From contig OZ024740.1 in the NCBI GenBank assembly GCA_964016885.1, forward strand, positions 317,874,001-317,938,000: a stretch of DNA of 64,000 nt. The letters are read 5' to 3'. Position 1 is the stretch's first letter, and each line of letters opens with the position of its first letter. Positions 1-14,000 of this stretch are shown piece by piece. Below the pieces are notes generated by a model that made no database searches, was not told the origin of the DNA, and saw only the letters and a list, made by a program, of their open reading frames with translations. Both the position numbers and the translations under genes were made by a program. This DNA is from Eledone cirrhosa (taxonomy: Eukaryota).

Positions 1-745
1 CTGACATTCTAACAACTCTACCAATTCGAAATCTCTCTACAACAATACTCACAACAAATAATCCAGGATTGTCTCGTCTATTTCCACAACTTGCATTCTA
101 TGTGACATTCTAACGACTCTACCAATTCGAAGTCTTTCTACTACAATACTCACAACAAATAATCCAGGATTGTCTCGTCTATTTCCACAAATTACATTCT
201 ATCTGACATTCTAACGACTCTACCAATTCGCTGTCTTTCTACTACAATACTCACAACAAATAATCCATATTGTCTCGTCTATTTCCACAACTTACATTCT
301 ATCTAACATTCTAACGACTCTACCTATTCGAAGTCTTTCTACTATAATACTAACAACAAATAATCCAGGATTGTCTCTTCTATTTCCACAACTTACATTC
401 TATCTAACATTCTAACGCCTCTACCAATTCGAAGCCTTTTTTTCTACATTACTCACAACAAATAATTCAGGATTGCCCCGTCTATTTCCACAACTTACAT
501 TCTACCTGACATTCTAACGACTCTACCAATTCGCTGTCTTTCTACTACAATACTCACAACAAATAATCCAGGATTGTCTCGTCTATTTCCACAACTTACA
601 TTCTATCTAACATCTAACAACTCCACCAATTCGAAATCTTTCTACTACAATACTCACAACAAATAATCCAGGATTGTCTCGTCTATTTCCACAACTTACA
701 TTCTATCTGATATTCTAACGACTCTACCAATTCGAAGTCTTTCTA

Positions 746-3700
746 CTACAATACTCACAACAAATAATCCAGGATTGTCTCGTCTATTTACACAACTTAC
801 ATTCTATCTGATATTCTAACGACTATACCAATTCGAAGTCTTTCTACTACAATACTAACAAGAAATAATCCAGGATTGTCTCTTCTATTTCCACAACTTA
901 CATTCTATCTGACATTCTAACAACTCTACCAATTCGAAATCTTTCTACAACAATACTCACAACAAATAATCCAGGATTGTCTCGTCTATTTCCACAACTT
1001 GCATTCTATGTGACATTCTAACGACTCTACCAATTCGAAGTCTTTCTACTACAATACTCACAACAAATAATCCAGGATTGTCTCGTCTATTTCCACAAAT
1101 TACATTCTATCTGACATTCTAACGACTCTACCAATTCGCTGTCTTTCTACTACAATACTCACAACAAATAATCCAGGATTGTCTCGTCTATTTCCACAAC
1201 ATACATTCTATCTGACATTCTAACAACTCTACCAATTCGCTGTCTTTCTACTACAATACTCAACAAATAATCCAGGACTGTCTCGTCTATTTCCACAACT
1301 TACGTTCTATCTGACATTCTAAAGACTCTAACAATTCGAAGTCTTTCTACTACAATACTCAGAACAAATAATCCAGGTTTGTCTCGTTTATTTTCACAAC
1401 TTACATTCTATCTAACATTCTAACGATTCTACCAATTCGAAGCCTTTTTACTACATTACTCACAACAAATAATTCAGGATTGCCCGGTCTATTTCCACAA
1501 CTTACATTCTACCTGATATTCTAACGACTCTACCAATTCGAAGTCTTTCTACTACAATACTAACAACAAATAATCCAGGATTGTCTCTTCTATTTCCACA
1601 ACTTACATTCTATCTAACATTCTAAGAACTCCACCAATTCGAAATCTTTCTACTACAATACTCACAACAAATCATCCAGGATTGTCTCGTCTATTTCCAC
1701 AACTTACATTCTATCTGATATTCTAACGACTCTACCAATTCGAAGTCTTTCTACTACAATACTCACAACAAATAATCCAGGATTGTCTCGTCTATTTCCA
1801 CAACTTGCATTCTATCTGACATTCTAACGACTCTACCAATTCGAAGTCTTTCTACTACAATACTCACAACAAATAATCCAGGATTGTCTCGTCTATTTCC
1901 ACAAATTACATTATATCTGACATTCTAACGACTCTACCAATTCGCTGTTTTTCTACTACAATACTCACAACAAATCATCCAGTATTGTCTCGTCTATTTC
2001 CACAACTTACATTCTATCTGATATTCTAACGACTCTACGAATTCGAAGTCTTTCTACTACAATACTAACAACAAATAATCCAGGATTGTCTCTTCTATTT
2101 CCACAACTTGCATTCTATCTGACATTCTAATGACTCTACCAATTCGAAGTCTTTCTACTACAATACTCACAACAAATAATCCAGGATTGTCTCGTCTATT
2201 TCCACAACTTACATTCTAGCTAACATTCTAACGACTCTACCAATTCGAAGCCTTTTTACTACATTACTCACAACAAATAATCCAGGATTGTCTCGTCTAT
2301 TTCCACAACTTACATTCTATCTGATATTCTAACGACTCTACCAATTCGAAGTCTTTCTACTACAATACTCACAACAAATAATCCAGGATTGTCTCGTCTA
2401 TTTCCACAACTTACATTCTATCTGATATTCTAACGACTCTACCAATTCGAAGTCTTTCTACTACAATACTAACAACAAATAATCCAGGAATGTCTCTTCT
2501 ATTTCCACAACTTACATTCTATCTGACATTCTAACAACTCTACCAATTCGAAATCTTTCTCCTACAATACTCACAACAAATAATCCAGGATTGTCTCGTC
2601 TATTTACACAACTTACATTCTATCTGATATTCTAACGACTATACCAATTCGAAGTCTTTCTACTACAATACTAACAAGAAATAATCCAGGATTGTCTCTT
2701 CTATTTCCACAACTTACATTCTATCTGACATTCTAACAACTCTACAAATTCGAAATCTTTCTACTACAATACTCACAACAAATAATCCAGGATTGTCTCG
2801 TCTATTTCCACAACTTGCATTCTATGTGACATTCTAACGACTCTACCAATTCGAAGTCTTTCTACTACAATACTCACAACAAATAATCCAGGATTGTCTC
2901 GTCTATTTCCACAAATTACATTCTATCTGACATTCTAACGACTCTACCAATTCGCTGTCTTTCTACTACAATACTCACAACAAATAATCCAGGATTGTCT
3001 CGTCTATTTCCACAACATACATTCTATCTGACATTCTAACGACTCTACCAATTCGCTGTCTTTCTACTACAATACTCAACAAATAATCCAGGACTGTCTC
3101 GTCTATTTCCACAACTTACGTTCTATCTGACATTCTAAAGACTCTAACAATTCGAAGTCTTTCTACTACAATACTCAGAACAAATAATCCAGGTTTGTCT
3201 CGTTTATTTTCACAACTTACATTCTATCTAACATTCTAACGATTCTACCAATTCGAAGCCTTTTTACTACATTACTCACAACAAATAATTCAGGATTGCC
3301 CGGTCTATTTCCACAACTTACATTCTACCTGATATTCTAACGACTCTACCAATTCGAAGTCTTTCTACTACAATACTAACAACAAATAATCCAGGATTGT
3401 CTCTTCTATTTCCACAACTTACATTCTATCTAACATTCTAAGAACTCCACCAATTCGAAATCTTTCTACTACAATACTCACAACAAATCATCCAGGATTG
3501 TCTCGTCTATTTCCACAACTTACATTCTATCTGATATTCTAACGACTCTACCAATTCGAAGTCTTTCTACTACAATACTCACAACAAATAATCCAGGATC
3601 GTCTCGTCTATTTCCACAACTTGCATTCTATCTGACATTCTAACGACTCTACCAATTCGAAGTCTTTCTACTACAATACTCACAACAAATAATCCAGGAT

Positions 3701-3791
3701 TGTCTCGTCTACTTCCACAAATTACATTATATCTGACATTCTAACGACTCTACCAATTCGCTGTTTTTCTACTACAATACTCACAACAAAT
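746..3791. repeat. Duplicated block of about 1.23 kb (746-1975 and 2562-3791), offset 1816 bp (18 monomers)
   Basis: Rare variants recur 1816 bp apart: CTATGTGAC (1010/2826), GTTTATTTTC (1386/3202), CCCGGTCT (1483/3299), TTATATCTG (1911/3727), GCTGTTTTTC (1944/3760). Confidence 0.9.
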
Positions 3792-4534
3792 AATCCAGGA
3801 TTGTCTCGTCTATTTCCACAACATACATTCTATCTGACATTCTAACGACTCTACCAATTCGCTGTCTTTCTACTACAATACTCAACAAATAATCCAGGAC
3901 TGTCTCGTCTATTTCCACAACTTACGTTCTATCTGACATTCTAAAGACTCTAACAATTCGAAGTCTTTCTACTACAATACTAACAACAAATAATCCAGGA
4001 TTGTCTCTTCTATTTCCACAACTTACATTCTATCTAACATTCTAACAACTCCACCAATTCGAAATCTTTCTACTACAATACTCACAACAAATCATCCAGG
4101 ATTGTCTCGTCTATTTCCACAACTTACATTCTATCTGATATTCTAACGACTCTACGAATTCGAAGTCTTTCTACTACAATACTAACAACAAATAATCCAG
4201 GATTGTCTCTTCTATTTCCACAACTTGCATTCTATCTGACATTCTAATGACTCTACCAATTCGAAGTCTTTCTACTACAATACTCACAACAAATAATCCA
4301 GGATTGTCTCGTCTATTTCCACAACTTGCATTCTATCTGACATTCTAACGACTCTACCAATTTGAAATCTTTCTACTACAATACTCACAACAAATAATCC
4401 AGGATTGTCTCGTCTATTTCCACAAATTACATTCTATCTGACATTCTAACGACTCTACCAATTCGAAGTCTTTCTACTACAATACTCACAACAAATAATC
4501 CAGGATTGTCTCGTCTATTTCCACAACATACATT

Positions 4535-7500
4535 CTATCTGACATTCTAACGACTCTACCAATTCGCTGTCTTTCTACTACAATACTCAACAAATAATCC
4601 AGGACTGTCTCGTCTATTTCCACAACTTACGTTCTATCTGACATTCTAAAGACTCTAACAATTCGAAGTCTTTCTACTACAATACTCAGAACAAATAATC
4701 CAGGTTTGTCTCGTCTATTTCCACAACTTACATTCTATCTAACATTCTAACGACTCTACCAATTCGAAGCCTTTTTACTACATTACTCACAACAAATAAT
4801 TCAGGATTGTCTCGTCTATTTCCACAAATTACGTTCTATCTGACATTCTAACGACTCTACCAATTCGCTGTCTTTCTACTACAATACTCACAACAAATAA
4901 TCCAGGATTGTCTCGTCTATTTCCACAACTTACATTCTATCTAACATTCTAATTACTCCACCAATTCGAAATCTTTCTACTACAATACTCACAACAAATC
5001 ATCCAGGATTGTCTCGTCTATTTCCACAACTTACATTCTATCTGATATTCTAACGACTCTACGAATTCGAAGTCTTTCTACTACAATACTCACAACAAAT
5101 AATCCAGGATTGTCTCTTCTATTTCCACAACTTGCATTCTATCTGACATTCTAATGACTCTACCAATTCGAAGTCTTTCTACTACAATACTCACAACAAA
5201 TAATCCAGGATTGTCTCGTCTAATTTCACAACTTGCATTCTATCTGACATTCTAACGACTCTACCAATTTGAAGTCTTTCTACTACAATACTCACAACAA
5301 ATAATCCAGGATTGTCTCGTCTATTTCCACAAATTACATTCTATCTGACATTCTAACGACTCTACCAATTCGCTGTCTTTCTACTACAATACTCACAACA
5401 AATAATCCAGGATTGTCTCGTCTATTTCCACAACATACATTCTATCTGACATTGTAACGACTCTACCAATTCGCTGTCTTTCTACTACAATACTCAACAA
5501 ATAATCCAGGACTGTCTCGTCTATTTCCACAACTTACGTTCTATCTGACATTCTAAAGACTCTAACAATTCGAAGTCTTTCTACTACAATACTCAGAACA
5601 AATAATCCAGGTTTGTCTCGTCTATTTCCACAACTTACATTCTATCTAACATTCTAACGTCTCTACCAATTCGAAGCCTTTTTACTACATTACTCACAAC
5701 AAATAATTCAGGATTGCCCCGTCTATTTCCACAACTTACATTCTACCTGACATTCTAACGACTCTACCAATTCGCTGTCTTTCTACTACAATACTCACAA
5801 CAAATAATCCAGGATTGTCTCGTCTATTTCCACAACTTACATTCTATCTGATATTCTAACGACTCTACCAATTCGAAGTCTTTCTACTACAATACTAACA
5901 ACAAATAATCCAGGATTGTCTCTTCTATTTCCACAAATTACATTCTATCTAACATTCTAACAACTCTACCAATTCGAAATCTTTCTACTACAATACTCAC
6001 AACAAATCATCCAGGATTGTCTCGTCTATTTCCACAACTTACATTCCATCTGATATTCTAACGACTCTACGAATTCGAAGTCTTTCTACTACAATACTAA
6101 CAACAAATAATCCAGGATTGTCTCTTCTATTTCCACAACTTGCATTCTATCTGACATTCTAATGACTCTACCAATTCGAAGTCTTTCTACTACAATACTC
6201 ACAACAAATAATCCAGGTTTGTCTCGTCTATTTCCACAACTTGCATTCTATCTGACATTCTAACGACTCTACCAATTTGAAATCTTTCTACTACAATACT
6301 CACAACAAATAATCCAGGATTGTCTCGTCTATTTCCACAGATTACATTCTATCTGACATTCTAACGACTCTACCAATTCGCTGTCTTTCTACTACAATAC
6401 TCAACAAATAATCCAGGACTGTCTCGTCTATTTCCACAACTTACGTTCTATCGGACATTCTAAAGACTCTAACAATTCGAAGTCTTTCTACTACAATACT
6501 CAGAACAAATAATCCAGGTTTGTCTCGTCTATTTCCACAACTTACATTCTATCTAACATTCTAACGACTCTACCAATTCGAAGCCTTTTTACTACATTAC
6601 TCACAACAAATAATTCAGGATTGTCTCGTCTATTTCCACAAATTACATTCTATCTGACATTCTAACGACTCTACCAATTCGCTGTCTTTCTACTACAATA
6701 CTCACAACAAATAATCCAGGATTGTCTCGTCTATTTCCACAACTTACATTCTATCTAACATTCTAATTACTCCACCAATTCGAAATCTTTCTACTACAAT
6801 ACTCACAACAAATCATCCAGGATTGTCTCGTCTATTTCCACAACTTACATTCTCTCTGATATTCTAACGACTCTACGAATTCGAAGTCTTTCTACTACAA
6901 TACTAACAACAAATAATCCAGGATTGTCTCTTCTATTTCCACAACTTGCATTCTATCTGACATTCTAATGACTCTACCAATTCGAAGTCTTTCTACTACA
7001 ATACTCACAACAAATAATCCAGGATTGTCTCGTCTAATTCCACAACTTGCATTCTATCTGACATTCTAACGACTCTACCAATTTGAAGTCTTTCTACTAC
7101 AATACTCACAACAAATAATCCAGGATTGTCTCGTCTATTTCCACAAATTACATTCTATCTGACATTCTAACGACTCTACCAATTCGCTGTCTTTCTACTA
7201 CAATACTCACAACAAATAATCCAGGATTGTCTCGTCTATTTCCACAACATACATTCTATCTGACATTCTAACGACTCTACCAATTCGCTGTCTTTCTACT
7301 ACAATACTCAACAAATAATCCAGGACTGTCTCGTCTATTTCCACAACTTACGTTCTATCTGACATTCTAAAGACTCTAACAATTCGAAGTCTTTCTACTA
7401 CAATACTCAGAACAAATAATCCAGGTTTGTCTCGTCTATTTCCACAACTTACATTCTATCTAACATTCTATCGACTCTACCAATTCGAAGCCTTTTTACT

Positions 7501-7660
7501 ACATTACTCACAACAAATAATTCAGGATTGCCCCGTCTATTTCCACGACTTACATTCTACCTGACATTCTAACGACTCTACCAATTCGCTGTCTTTCTAC
7601 TACAATACTCACAACAAATAATCCAGGATTGTCTCGTCTATTTCCACAACTTACATTCTA
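4535..7660. repeat. Local 9-mer (907 bp) periodicity with a superimposed 18-mer (1814 bp) duplication; boundaries approximate
   Basis: The marker GGACTG lies at 4602, 5509, 6416 and 7323 (907-bp steps). Rare variants AATTACTCC (4951/6765) and GTCTAATT (5218/7032) recur at 1814 bp. Confidence 0.85.
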
Positions 7661-10600
7661 TCTAACATTCTAACAACTCCACCAATTCGAAATCTTTCTA
7701 CTACAATACTCACAACAAATCATCCAGGATTGTCTCGTCTATTTCCACAACTTACGTTCTATCTGATATTCTAACGACTCTACCAATTCGAAGTCTTTCT
7801 ACTACAATACTAACAACAAATAATCCAGGATTGTCTCTTCTATTTCCACAACTTACATTCTATCTAACATTCTAACAACTCCACCAATTCGAAATCTTTC
7901 TACTACAATACTCACAACAAATCATCCAAGATTGTCCCGTCTATTTCCACAACTTACATTCTATCTGACATTCTAACGACTCTACCAATTCGAAGCCTTT
8001 TTACTACATTACTCACAACAAATAATTCAGGATTGCCCCGTCTATTTCCACGACTTACATTCTACCTGACATTCTAACGACTCTACCAATTCGCTGTCTT
8101 TCTACTACAATACTAACAACAAATAATCCAGGATTGTCTCTTCTATTTCCACAACTTGCATTCTATCTGACATTCTAATGACTCTACCAATTCGAAGTCT
8201 TTCTACTACAATACTCACAACAAATAATCCAGGATTGTCTCGTCTATTTCCACAACTTGCATTCTATCTGACATTCTAACGACTCTACCAATTCGAAGTC
8301 TTTCTACTACAATACTCACAACAAATAATCCAGGATTGTCTCGTCTATTTCCACAAATTACATTCTATCTGACATTCTAACGACTCTACCAATTCGCTGT
8401 CTTTCTACTACAATACTCACAACAAATAATCCAGGATTGTCTCGTGTATTTCCACAACATACATTCTATCTGACATTCTAACGACTCTACCAATTCGCTG
8501 TCTTTCTACTACAATACTCAACAAATAATCCAGGACTGTCTCGTCTATTTCCACAACTTACGTTCTATCTGACATTCTAAAGACTCTAACAATTCGAAGT
8601 CTTTCTACTACAATACTCAGAACAAATAATCCAGGTTTGTCTCGTCTATTTCCACAACTTACATTCTATCTAACATTCTAACGACTCTACCAATTCGAAG
8701 CCTTTTTACTACATTACTCACAACAAATAATTCAGGATTGTCTCGTCTATTTCCACAAATTACGTTCTATCTGACATTCTACCGACTCTACCAATTCGCT
8801 GTCTTTCTACTACAATACTCACAACAAATAATCCAGGATTGTCTCGTCTATTTCCACAACTTACATTCTATCTGATATTGTAACGACTCTACCAATTCGA
8901 AGTCTTTCTACTACAATACTCACAACAAATAATCCAGGATTGTCTCGTCTATTTCCACAACTTACATTCTATCTGATATTCTAACGACTCTACCAATTCG
9001 AAGTCTTTCTACTACAATACTAACAACAAATAATCCAGGAATGTCTCTTCTATTTCCACAACTTACATTCTATCTGACATTCTAACAACTCTACCAATTC
9101 GAAATCTTTCTCCTACAATACTCACAACAAATAATCCAGGATTGTCTCGTCTATTTCCACAACTTACATTCTATCTGATATTCTAACGACTCTACCAATT
9201 CAAAGTCTTTCTACTACAATACTAACAACAAATAATCCAGGATTGTCTCTTCTATTTCCACAACTTACATTCTATCTAACATTCTAAGAACTCCACCAAT
9301 TCGAAATCTTTCTACTACAATACTCACAACAAATCATCCAGGATTGTCTCGTCTATTTCCACAACTTACATTCTATCTGATATTCTAACGACTCTACCAA
9401 TTCGAAGTCTTTCTACTACAATACTAACAACAAATAATCCAGGATTGTCTCTTCTATTTCCACAACTTGCATTCTATCTGACATTCTAACGACTCTACCA
9501 ATTCGAAGTCTTTCTACTACAATACTCACAACAAATAATCCAGGATTGTCTCGTCTATTTCCACAACTTGCATTCTATCTGACATTCTAACGACTCTACC
9601 AATTCGAAGTCTTTCTACTACAATACTCATAACAAATAATCCAGGATTGTCTCGTCTATTTCCACAAATTACATTCTATCTGACATTCTAACGACTCTAC
9701 CAATTCGCTGTCTTTCTGCTACAATACTCACAACAAATAATCCAGGATTGTCTCGTCTATTTCCACAACATACATTCTATCTGACATTGTAACGACTCTA
9801 CCAATTCGCTGTCTTTCTACTACAATACTCAACAAATAATCCAGGACTGTCTCGTCTATTTCCAAAACTTACGTTCTATCTGACATTCTAAAGACTCTAA
9901 CAATTCGAAGTCTTTCTACTACAATACTCAGAACAAATAATCCAGGTTTGTCTCGTCTATTTCCACAACTTACATTCTATCTAACATTCTAACGACTCTA
10001 CCAATTCGAAGTCTTTCTACTACAATACTAACAACAAATAATCCAGGATTGTCTCTTCTATTTCCACAACTTACATTCTATCTAACATTCTAACGCCTCT
10101 AGCAATTCGAAGCCTTTTTTCTACATTACTCACAACAAATAATTCAGGATTGCCCCGTCTATTTCCACAACTTACATTCTACCTGACATTCTAACGACTC
10201 TACCAATTCGCTGTCTTTCTACTACAATACTCACAACAAATAATCCAGGATTGTCTCGTCTATTTCCACAACTTACATTCTATCTAACATTCTAACAACT
10301 CCACCAATTCGAAATCTTTCTACTACAATACTCACAACAAATAATCCAGGATTGTCTCGTCTATTTCCACAACCTACATTCTATCTGATATTCTAACGAC
10401 TCTACCAATTCGAAGTCTTTCTACTACAATACTAACAACAAATAATCCAGGATTGTCTCTTCTATTTCCACAACTTACATTCTATCTAACATTCTAACAA
10501 CTCCACCAATTCGAAATCTTTCTACTACAATACTCACAACAAATCATCCAGGATTGTCTCGTCTATTTCCACAACTTACATTCTATCTGATATTCTAACG

Positions 10601-11064
10601 ACTCTACGAATTCGAAGTCTTTCTACTACAATACTAACAACAAATAATCCAGGATTGTCTCTTCTATTTCCACAACTTGCATTCTATCTGACATTCTAAC
10701 GACTCTACCAATTTGAAATCTTTCTACTACAATACTCACAACAAATAATCCAGGATTGTCTCGTCTATTTCCACAAATTACATTCTATCTGACATTCTAA
10801 CGACTCTACCAATTCGAAGTCTTTCTACTACAATACTCACAACAAATAATCCAGGATTGTCTCGTCTATTTCCACAACATACATTCTATCTGACATTCTA
10901 ACGACTCTACCAATTCGCTGTCTTTCTACTACAATACTCAACAAATAATCCAGGACTGTCTCGTCTATTTCCACAACTTACGTTCTATCTGACATTCTAA
11001 AGACTCTAACAATTCGAAGTCTTTCTACTACAATACTCAGAACAAATAATCCAGGTTTGTCTCG

Positions 11065-14000
11065 TCTATTTCCACAACTTACATTCTATCTAACATTCTA
11101 ACGACTCTACCAATTCGAAGCCTTTTTACTACATTACTCACAACAAATAATTCAGGATTGTCACGTCTATTTCCACAAATTACGTTCTATCTGACATTCT
11201 AACGACTCTACCAATTCGCTGTCTTTCTACTACAATACTCACAACAAATAATCCAGGATTGTCTCGTCTATTTCCACAACTTACATTCTATCTAACATTC
11301 TAACAACTCCACCAATTGGAAATGTTTCTACTACAATACTCACAACAAATCATCCAGGATTGTCTCGTCTATTTCCACAACTTACATTCTATCTGATATT
11401 CTAACGACTCTACGAATTCGAAGTCTTTCTACTACAATACTAACAACAAATAATCCAGGATTGTCTCTTCTATTTCCACAACTTGCATTCTATCTGACAT
11501 TCTAATGACTCTACCAATTCGAAGTCTTTCTACTACAATACTCACAACAAATAATCCAGGATTGTCTCGTCTATTTCCACAACTTGCATTCTATCTGACA
11601 TTCTAACGACTCTACCAATTTGAAATCATTCTACTACAATACTCACAACAAATAATCCAGGATTGTCTCGTCTATTTCCACAAATTACATTCTATCTGAC
11701 ATTCTAACGACTCTACCAATTCGAAGTCTTTCTACTACAATACTCACAACAAATAATCCAGGATTGTCTCGTCTATTTCCACAACTTACATTCTATCTGA
11801 TATTCTAACGACTCTACCAATTCGAAGTCTTTCTACTACAATACTAACAACAAATAATCCAGGAATGTCTCTTCTATTTCCACAACTTACATTTTATCTG
11901 ACATTCTAACAACTCTACCAATTCGAAATCTTTCTCCTACAATACTCACAACAAATAATCCAGGATTGTCTCGTCTATTTACACAACTTACATTCTATCT
12001 GATATTCTAACGACTATACCAATTCGAAGTCTTTCTACTACAATACTAACAAGAAATAATCCAGGATTGTCTCTTCTATTTCCACAACTTACATTCTATC
12101 TGACATTCTAACAACTCTACCAATTCGAAATCTTTCTACTACAATACTCACAACAAATAATCCAGGATTGTCTCGTCTATTTCCACAACTTACATTCTAT
12201 CTGATATTCTAACGACTCTACCAATTCGAAGTCTTTCTACTACAATACTAACAACAAATAATCCAGGATTGTCTCTTCTATTTCCACAACTTACATTCTA
12301 TCTAACGTTCTAACAACTCCACCAATTCGAAATCTTTCTACTACAATACTCACAACAAATCATCCAGGATTGTCTCGTCTATTTCCACAACATACATTCT
12401 ATCTGACATTCTAACGACTCTACCAATTCGCTGTCTTTCTACTACAATACTCAACAAATAATCCAGGACTGTCTCGTCTATTTCCACAACTTACGTTCTA
12501 TCTGACATTCTAAAGACTCTAACAATTCGAAGTCTTTCTACTACAATACTCAGAACAAATAATCCAGGTTTGTCTCGTCTATTTCCACAACTTACATTCT
12601 ATCTAACATTCTAACGACTCTACCAATTCGAAGCCTTTTTACTACATTACTCACAACAAATAATTCAGGATTGCCCCGTCTATTTCCACAACTTACATTC
12701 TACCTGACATTCTAACGACTCTACCAATTCGCTGTCTTTCTACTACAATACTCACAACAAATAATCCAGGATTGTCTCGTCTATTTCCACAACTTACATT
12801 CTATCTAACATTCTAACAACTCCACCAATTCGAAATCTTTCTACTACAATACTCACAACAAATCATCCAGGATTGTCTCGTCTATTTCCACAACTTACGT
12901 TCTATCTGATATTCTAACGACTCTACCAATTCGAAGTCTTTCTACTACAATACTAACAACAAATAATCCAGGATTGTCTCTTCTATTTCCACAACTTACA
13001 TTCTATCTAACATTCTAACAACTCCACCAATTCGATAACTTTCTACTACAATACTCACAACAAATCATCCAAGATTGTCCCGTCTATTTCCACAACTTAC
13101 ATTCTATCTGACATTCTAATGACTCTACCAATTCGAAGTCTTTCTCCTACAATACTCACAACAAATAATCCAGGATTGTCTCGTCTATTTCCACAACTTG
13201 CATTCTATCTGACATTCTAACGACTCTACCAATTCGAAGTCTTTCTACTACAATACTCACAACAAATAATCCAGGATTGTCTCGTCTATTTCCACAAATT
13301 ACATTCTATCTGACATTCTAACGACTCTACCAATTCGCTGTCTTTCTACTACAATACTCAAAACAAATAATCCAGGATTGTCTCGTCTATTTCCACAACA
13401 TACATTCTATCTGACATTCTAACGACTCTACCAATTCGCTGTCTTTCTACTACAATACTCAACAAATAATCCAGGACTGTCTCGTCTATTTCCACAACTT
13501 ACGTTCTATCTGACATTCTAAAGACTCTAACAATTCGAAGTCTTTCTACTACAATACTCAGAACAAATAATCCAGGTTTGTCTCGTCTATTTCCACAACT
13601 TACATTCTATCTAACATTCTAACGACTCTACCAATTCGAAGCCTTTTTACTACATTACTCACAACAAATAATTCAGGATTGTCTCGTCTATTTCCACAAC
13701 TTACATTCTATCTGATATTCTAACGACTCTACCAATTCGAAGTCTTTCTACTACAATACTAACAACAAATAATCCAGGAATGTCTCTTCTATTTCCACAA
13801 CTTACATTCTATCTGACATTCTAACAACTCTACCAATTCGAAATCTTTCTCCTACAATACTCACAACAAATAATCCAGGATTGTCTCGTCTATTTCCACA
13901 ACTTACATTCTATCTGATATTCTAACGACTCTACCAATTCGAAGTCTTTCTACTACAATACTAACAACAAATAATCCAGGATTGTCTCTTCTATTTCCAC

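Noticed and set aside
1-101. CENP-B box or identity with alpha satellite or another named satellite
   Set aside because: TTCG is present but the TTCG....A..CGGG motif is not. The monomer length and sequence do not match a family I can recognise.
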